Assembly: GCA_964457555.1 (NCBI GenBank)
Contig: CAYWHA010000015.1
Coordinates: forward strand, 7,834 to 71,833
Source of the DNA: an uncultured Solibacteraceae bacterium
GTDB taxonomy: Bacteria; Acidobacteriota; Terriglobia; Bryobacterales; Bryobacteraceae
Direction: 5' to 3'
DNA length: 64,000 nucleotides
Part shown: positions 59,412 to 64,000 of the stretch, one piece after another
Numbering within the stretch: position 1 is the first letter of the stretch
How the letters are laid out: each line of letters opens with the position of its first letter
Translations under genes and position numbers: made by a program
Notes under the pieces: model-generated
Database searches by the model: none
What the model saw: the letters and a program-made list of their open reading frames with translations, nothing else
Told to the model about the DNA's origin: nothing

Positions 59412-60181
59412 TAGCCCCTCCGCAGCACTCTTGGAACTGGCTTGATGTAGTTGGGAGCTTGCCCTTGTCCCGCCCGCCGGCCGGTCGTCGCCAGCGTCCC
59501 GGGTTGGGTCCAGGTCTGTGCGGTTCCGATCGGCGTCCCATTCTGCCGGAACATCGAATCGGGGCCGCCGCCCACATACACGTTCCATCCCTTCGCGTTA
59601 TTCGGTGGATCCACCGGTTGTACCAGCAGCGTGCTGGCGACCGTCGAGACAGTAGCCGGCAAGGCGCTCGCCCCCTCCTCGCCGGCCTGGTTGGTCCACG
59701 CCATCGTCGCGTAGTAGGTCGCGTCCGGTAGCGCGGTCGGCGCGCCCACTACCGCCGTCACGGTGGGCATCGCCGCTCTGGGGATCGGATCGAGCGCCAC
59801 TCCCGCCCCAATTTGAACCAGCTTGTCGTAAGCCCAGCTCGCCATCGAATGGAATTGGTCCCGCTTGCCCGCATACCGGTCGTTCAACTGGCTGTTGTAT
59901 GCGTCGGCGTACACCATCTCCAGCGCGCGGTAGCTATGCCAGAGCCGCAGCGCCGGCGTCACCACCACGCGGCTGACGCTCGGCTGCGGCGAAAGCCCGA
60001 ACTGGTCCGGATAACTCGTTCCCGTCAGCAGTACTTCGAGCCCCAGCGCCACTTCTTCCTGCGCCAGGGCCAGCTTTTGCGTCACGTCGATACTCTCGGC
60101 ATTGGCTACATCCAGCAGTTGCGAATCCTGCGCCGAAAGATCGTCCATGCTCGATACGAGACCGTCCGTGAACAGAGCCAT
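59411..60181 (-). CDS. Head-tail adaptor-like protein with a C-terminal beta-sandwich-like domain (256 aa)
   Basis: N-terminal helical region (LSAQDSQLLDVANAESIDVTQKLALAQEEVALGLEVLL) resembles gp6-type connector proteins. Assignment by position, low certainty. Confidence 0.45.
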   Translation of the reverse strand: MALFTDGLVSSMDDLSAQDSQLLDVANAESIDVTQKLALAQEEVALGLEVLLTGTSYPDQFGLSPQPSVSRVVVTPALRLWHSYRALEMVYADAYNSQLNDRYAGKRDQFHSMASWAYDKLVQIGAGVALDPIPRAAMPTVTAVVGAPTALPDATYYATMAWTNQAGEEGASALPATVSTVASTLLVQPVDPPNNAKGWNVYVGGGPDSMFRQNGTPIGTAQTWTQPGTLATTGRRAGQGQAPNYIKPVPRVLRRG

Positions 60182-60185
60182 GTCC

Positions 60186-60518
60186 TTACGCCGAGTCCTT
60201 CAGGGCGTCCGCGACCCCCTTCAACTTGTTGAGCTCGGCCGTCGTCAGCACCGAGAACTGCACCCGCGCCGCCGCCGCTGCCTGATCGGCTGCCTGTTTC
60301 GCCACCGCCACCGACGCGCGGAATGCAGTCGCGGCCGCGCTAGTGGCCAGACTGGCTTCCCCTTCCACAATCATCTTCGCCGCGATGTCGCGCGTGACCT
60401 CCGTCAGCACTCCCGCCTTGCCGCCCTCGGACGTCTCCAAACTCACGATCACCGGATAAGGATCCGCGATGTTCGCTTCCGTCGTTCGTATCTTCTGGTA
60501 ATAACTTGTCAGATCCAT
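60186..60518 (-). CDS. Small structural/hypothetical protein (110 aa)
   Basis: ORF 60186..60566 trimmed to ATG 60518 with GGAGAG (60526-60531) 7 nt upstream. The longer TTG-start version would translate through the hairpin repeat. Confidence 0.5.
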   Translation of the reverse strand: MDLTSYYQKIRTTEANIADPYPVIVSLETSEGGKAGVLTEVTRDIAAKMIVEGEASLATSAAATAFRASVAVAKQAADQAAAAARVQFSVLTTAELNKLKGVADALKDSA

Positions 60519-60540
60519 CTTCTTTCTCTCCTTTTTTAGT

Positions 60541-60646
60541 CGAGGGGACAGACGAATCTGTCCCAAGGCGCCGCCGCTGCGCGAGGGGACAGACGAATCT
60601 GTCCCAAGGCGCCGCTGTTGCGCCGCGTGGACAGATCCGTCTGTCC
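60541..60646 (-). repeat. Two 34-bp direct repeats, each carrying an 8-bp-stem hairpin, plus a third related hairpin
   Basis: CGAGGGGACAGACGAATCTGTCCCAAGGCGCCGC occurs at 60541-60574 and 60582-60615. Hairpins lie at 60545-60564 and 60586-60605 (mRNA sense GGGACAGA-UUCG-UCUGUCCC) and at 60629-60646 (GGACAGA-N4-TCTGTCC). Confidence 0.9.
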
Positions 60647-60700
60647 CCGGTCTGCCCCGGTCTGCCCCGGTCTGCCCCGGTCTGTCCCCGGTCTGCCCCC
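60645..60700 (-). repeat. Tandem 10-bp repeat CCCCGGTCTG x5 (sense strand GGGGCAGACC), abutting the coat gene stop
   Basis: Copies at 60645-54, 60655-64, 60665-74 and 60675-84, then a 1-nt insertion, then 60686-95, followed by CCCCC (60696-60700). This gives six G4+ tracts on the coding strand. Confidence 0.95.
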
Positions 60701-61620
60701 TACGTATTCACCTGCACGCCCGAAGTGTTTCTCAACACCGCGCACCCGTACAGCACGTCCACCGTGAACTGCTGAGCCAGCGTATCCGGCTGGTAGCTCA
60801 TCACCACGCGCATCCCGAAGTTGCCCAGCTCCGCGTACTCCGCGATCGCGCCGGTCCCCGGCAGTGGCTGCGGCAGCCGTCGGATCACCAGGCCAAGCGC
60901 GTCCTTCGTGAACGCCATGTTGTGGGTCGTCACCACCGCCGGCGGCGTGCCCGTCTGTTGCACAAACTGCGAGCGGAACACGTAGAAGTCCTTGTACTTC
61001 CCAACCGTGCCGTCGATCAGCGCGTTCAAGCCCGCGGCCCCCGCCGTCTGGAACTCCTCGAACAGCGGAATCTGCCGCCATGCCGAGTAAGTCGCGGCGT
61101 TGACTACGATGTACTTCCTCTCGCTCGGTGGCACCATCGCTTGGAACAGCGTGGTTTCCGCCGCGTCGATGGTCGCTTCCGTGATCGCCGTGCCCGCCGT
61201 CCCCACCACCGGGTTCGAGTTGAAGCCCGCGTACAGGCTCAGCAGGTCGGTTTCGATCTTTTGCGCGATCGCCGCCACCGATGGCTGCATGTACAGCTTC
61301 AGCAGGTCCGGCACTGCCAGCACCCGGATTACGTCCGGTATCTGGAACGTCGCTTCCGCGTGCGTATTCAGCACGATCGCCGCGTTGTTCAGAGGCGGGT
61401 TCTGCGTCAGTACCGCCCCGCCGTTGTTCAGAATGTTGTTCGCCACCATCGTTGGCGGTATCGGGATGTTGACCGTGTCACCGGCATTCGCCAGCACCGG
61501 CTCGTAGTCGCGATTCACAAGGTTCCCCATCACGAGGTTCCCCACCAGTACCGGCAAAGCGTCCGCCGCCACCAGCTTCACAATCGCGCTTGCGACGTTT
61601 GTTGAGGTAATTGCTGCCAT
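60700..61620 (-). CDS. Major capsid protein, P22-coat-like (HK97 fold) family
   Basis: 306 aa. The pattern NLVNRDYEPVLANAGDTVNIPIP..., the size, and the position after a scaffold-like gene fit the P22 coat protein family as recalled. AGGAGAA is upstream of the ATG. Confidence 0.7.
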   Translation of the reverse strand: MAAITSTNVASAIVKLVAADALPVLVGNLVMGNLVNRDYEPVLANAGDTVNIPIPPTMVANNILNNGGAVLTQNPPLNNAAIVLNTHAEATFQIPDVIRVLAVPDLLKLYMQPSVAAIAQKIETDLLSLYAGFNSNPVVGTAGTAITEATIDAAETTLFQAMVPPSERKYIVVNAATYSAWRQIPLFEEFQTAGAAGLNALIDGTVGKYKDFYVFRSQFVQQTGTPPAVVTTHNMAFTKDALGLVIRRLPQPLPGTGAIAEYAELGNFGMRVVMSYQPDTLAQQFTVDVLYGCAVLRNTSGVQVNT

Positions 61621-61675
61621 TCGTTCTCCTGTCTTTTCTTTCTGCCGGGCCTTTCGGGCCCGTACTGTTTCGTTT

Positions 61676-62272
61676 TCACAGCCCCCGTAGGGTCTGCGAC
61701 GCCACGCGCACGATTTCCTCTCGTACCCGCCGCATCTCTTCCGCGCTCATGCCTGGCCGGATTTGGTCGAGAGACACCGTCTCCCGCCCCTCTGCCGGCG
61801 CCTTCAGGGTCGCCGTCATTCCGGTCCCCCCCGCGATCCGAGCCGGTAGAAACTCCGGGTTCTCCGCGACGAAGGCCGACAGATATTCCTTCATACTCAT
61901 CTGTCCGCTTTCCCCGCGAGCTACCAGCCGCCCGTCTTCCGTCCGCTCGATTTCGTCCTTGACCGCCTTGAACGCAAGGTCGATCTTAGCTACTCCCAGC
62001 CGGTGCAGCTCCGCTCGTACCATCGAGCCGCGCTCCGCTTCCTCCGCCAGCTTCCGGCTGTGCTTGTTCTCCGCCACCAGTTCGTTCAGCCTGCGCTCCA
62101 GTTGTTCCCGCCGCTTCCGCTCGTCCTCCAGCTCCGCCTTGTGGGCCGGTTCGCTCTTGGCCTGCTCGTTGCTGGCGTATTCCTGAATTGCTTGCCGCAC
62201 GATAGCCTGCACGTCTATTCCTTCCATAACCCTCCTGTCAGTGGGGCGGGCCTCCTGGCCTGCCTTCTTCAA
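61676..62272 (-). CDS. Scaffolding protein candidate
   Basis: Highly charged coiled-coil region (AHKAELEDERKRREQLERRLNELVAENKHSRKLAEEAERG), lying between the portal and coat genes. Start is uncertain: TTG 62272 or ATG 62227. Confidence 0.55.
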   Translation of the reverse strand: MKKAGQEARPTDRRVMEGIDVQAIVRQAIQEYASNEQAKSEPAHKAELEDERKRREQLERRLNELVAENKHSRKLAEEAERGSMVRAELHRLGVAKIDLAFKAVKDEIERTEDGRLVARGESGQMSMKEYLSAFVAENPEFLPARIAGGTGMTATLKAPAEGRETVSLDQIRPGMSAEEMRRVREEIVRVASQTLRGL

Positions 62273-62304
62273 CTAATCCTTTCCCGGATAGCGATCCATC
62301 CGAA

Positions 62305-62374
62305 CCGCGAACCTCCGTTCCGAGCCGCGAACGTCCGTTCCGAGCCGCGAACGTCCGTTCCGAGCCGCGAACGT
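62305..62374 (-). repeat. Tandem 20-bp repeat CCGCGAACGTCCGTTCCGAG x3.5 between the portal and scaffold genes
   Basis: Copies at 62305-24 (one mismatch), 62325-44 and 62345-64, plus a half copy at 62365-74. Confidence 0.95.
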
Positions 62375-62409
62375 AAGAGAGCGGTTCTTACTGTCTCCCC
62401 GGTCTGCCC

Positions 62410-63792
62410 CTACTCCCCGTACTTCATCCCGTCAATCTCTTCCGCCACCTGGTTCTTAACTTCCTGCCGCGCGTCGCACAAGTACTTGAACGCCAAATTC
62501 TTGAACACCTGCTTCTTCAACGTCTCCGACCCGATCCCCATATCCAGCAGCTTCTTTGCGTCGTCCAACTCCCCGCTGTAATCGTCGATATCGAATTCGT
62601 CCAGGCCCGATACGTCAATCGACACTCCGTCCTGCCGCGCCGCCGCAATCGCCCGCAGCACCTGCTTCATGCTTTCCTTCACCGTGTCTCCATACGCCCG
62701 CAGCACCTCCTGCGTCACGCTGAAGTCCCTCTGCTTGCTGATGCCGGAGATCCGCAAGTCCCCTCCGCTCGGCGTCCCGGCTTGGTTCATCAGGTAACAC
62801 ACCCGGTAGATTTCGTCCTTGAGCTGCACCAGGTTGTCCGCCGCAATCTGATAAACCTTCCCCTCCGGCTCCGTCCACCCGAACCGGTCCTGCGGCCCCA
62901 GTTGGATGTAGTACGACTCCCCTACAATCTGGTTCCATTCCCGCTCCGAATAAACCACCGGAGTCGCGAACAGCCCCATCGTCAGCGCCCACGCCAGCGC
63001 GTTCGATTTATTGAAATGCTCCAGTTGCAGCAGCGCCGCCTTGTTCGTCAGCCACAGCCCGTCCGATACCTGCATGCGGAACAAGGGCACGCGCCGCAAC
63101 GCCGCCAGCCCGTGCTGCCCTTCGTCCACTAACTCCACCGCGCTTGTCTCACCCGCCTTCCGGTAGATCTGGAAGTTCTCGCGGTCGTAGTAAATCCACC
63201 GCGTTTCCCTCCCCCATCGCGCGTCCGTCACCTTCGATTGCTGCAGGCACGTCGTCCGGATTACCGCCCATTCCAGGCTTCCCGTCTCGTCGTGGTTCCA
63301 GTTGATGACCTCCTCCGGACTGTAGTCCACCAGGTACGCCCGCGACCGCCCCGATGCGTCCTCTTCCGCCCGCGTCATCGCCGCCCCGTTCGCCCGCGGA
63401 AAATCCACCACCGTGTACGAGCAGCCGTAGATCATCGTCTGCACGAACCTCTGCCGGAAAAACTCACTTAGGTTCGTGTCCTTCAAATCGCAATTCGCCG
63501 ACAGCACGCTGAAGTAGTCCTTCGCCGCCGCGTCGTTTCCTTCAATCGCCACCGCCGGCGCCCGCCGGATCAGCGTCGCCGCGTACCAGTCCACGATCGA
63601 CCCGATGTAGTTCTCGTAAAATACCCGGTTCAGCCGCTCCTGGTAAATCTCGCCCGGCTCCTTGTGCCGCCGCACCAGGTAATCCGTCGCGTTTGCGCGC
63701 AGCCGTTCGCCGCCCGCGTAAAGGTCCCTGTACTGCTTCCACATCGCCTTGCGCGCGATGTATTCCGGATGTTCGCGATTGATGTTTTGCAT
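62410..63792 (-). CDS. Portal protein (DUF4055-like portal family)
   Basis: ORF 62410..63963 trimmed to ATG 63792, 7 nt after the terminase stop. 460 aa. N-terminus WKQYRDLYAGGERLRANATDYL...YQERLNRVFYENYIGSIVDWY resembles DUF4055 portals. Position fits. Confidence 0.65.
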   Translation of the reverse strand: MQNINREHPEYIARKAMWKQYRDLYAGGERLRANATDYLVRRHKEPGEIYQERLNRVFYENYIGSIVDWYAATLIRRAPAVAIEGNDAAAKDYFSVLSANCDLKDTNLSEFFRQRFVQTMIYGCSYTVVDFPRANGAAMTRAEEDASGRSRAYLVDYSPEEVINWNHDETGSLEWAVIRTTCLQQSKVTDARWGRETRWIYYDRENFQIYRKAGETSAVELVDEGQHGLAALRRVPLFRMQVSDGLWLTNKAALLQLEHFNKSNALAWALTMGLFATPVVYSEREWNQIVGESYYIQLGPQDRFGWTEPEGKVYQIAADNLVQLKDEIYRVCYLMNQAGTPSGGDLRISGISKQRDFSVTQEVLRAYGDTVKESMKQVLRAIAAARQDGVSIDVSGLDEFDIDDYSGELDDAKKLLDMGIGSETLKKQVFKNLAFKYLCDARQEVKNQVAEEIDGMKYGE

Positions 63793-63799
63793 TTGGTTC

Positions 63800-64000
63800 T
63801 CAGTTGAGCAGCCTGACTGTCCGCTCCCCGATGCTTTGCCTTCTGTTGTATTGGTCCCATACCAGATACCCCAGCGCGTCCGATAAGTGCGTCCGCAGCC
63901 GGTCCCGGTCTTTGTCGATGATGCATGAGTCTGTCTTGTATGACACCTGCTCGAAGTCCGCAATCAGTTCCTTGCACTTGCCATCTACTAACAGCCTGAT
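63800..64000 (-). CDS. Terminase large subunit, C-terminal fragment (5' part beyond window)
   Basis: Not in the ORF track (no start in window). Manual translation gives IRLLVDGKCKELIADFEQVSYKTDSCIIDKDRDRLRTHLSDALGYLVWDQYNRRQSIGERTVRLLN-stop. The ...L..D.E......IDK.....TH.SDA.GY pattern is typical of terminase nuclease C-termini. Confidence 0.55.
   Translation of the reverse strand: MRLLVDGKCKELIADFEQVSYKTDSCIIDKDRDRLRTHLSDALGYLVWDQYNRRQSIGERTVRLLN

Noticed and set aside
60541-62374. Possible CRISPR arrays at the 60.6-kb and 62.3-kb repeat regions
   Set aside because: Units are 10, 20 or 34 bp. They are either directly abutting or have only two copies, with no unique spacers of CRISPR size and no cas genes in the window.

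Overview
High-GC bacterial chromosome segment. It is probably from an Acidobacteriota-like genome, inferred from a CarboxypepD_reg-type TonB receptor and many Tat-signal Gfo/Idh/MocA oxidoreductases. The window has three blocks. (i) 1-43.1 kb is a dense glycan-utilisation island. It holds four GH35/42-like (DUF5597-type) paralogs, GH3, GH2, a GH28-like protein, GH74, a GH55-like beta-helix/SGL fusion and an alpha-galactosidase-like protein. It also holds three Tat-exported Gfo/Idh/MocA oxidoreductases plus a DUF1080 protein, two Tat-signal enolase-superfamily enzymes, a TonB-dependent receptor, a Y_Y_Y histidine kinase with a NarL-type regulator, a CadC-like regulator and two decayed gene remnants. 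(ii) 43.5-48.4 kb is housekeeping: tRNA-Asp, M2 peptidase, cyclophilin, nadD and class I fumarase. (iii) 48.4-64.0 kb is a co-oriented minus-strand, phage-derived head-to-tail structural module that runs off the right edge. Its order is terminase-L fragment, portal, scaffold, P22-type coat, connector genes, tail-tube candidate, G/GT-type chaperone, short tape-measure-like protein, two DUF2460-like paralogs, a 1286-aa hub/host-specificity fusion and a 927-aa distal protein. Block (iii) is the most interesting part. It abuts core genes with no integrase or att site on the visible side, so it is either GTA-like or a cryptic prophage. It contains a textbook A_AAA_AAC -1 frameshift site. Its intergenic gaps carry unusual repeat and structure elements: a G-tract tandem array and UUCG hairpin repeats after the coat gene, a 20-bp tandem array after the portal gene, and an inverted/direct repeat complex after the tube gene. 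All family assignments come from motif recognition by eye; no database search was run. Many long Arg/Pro/Gly-rich ORFs in the track are antisense shadows typical of high-GC DNA and were not called.
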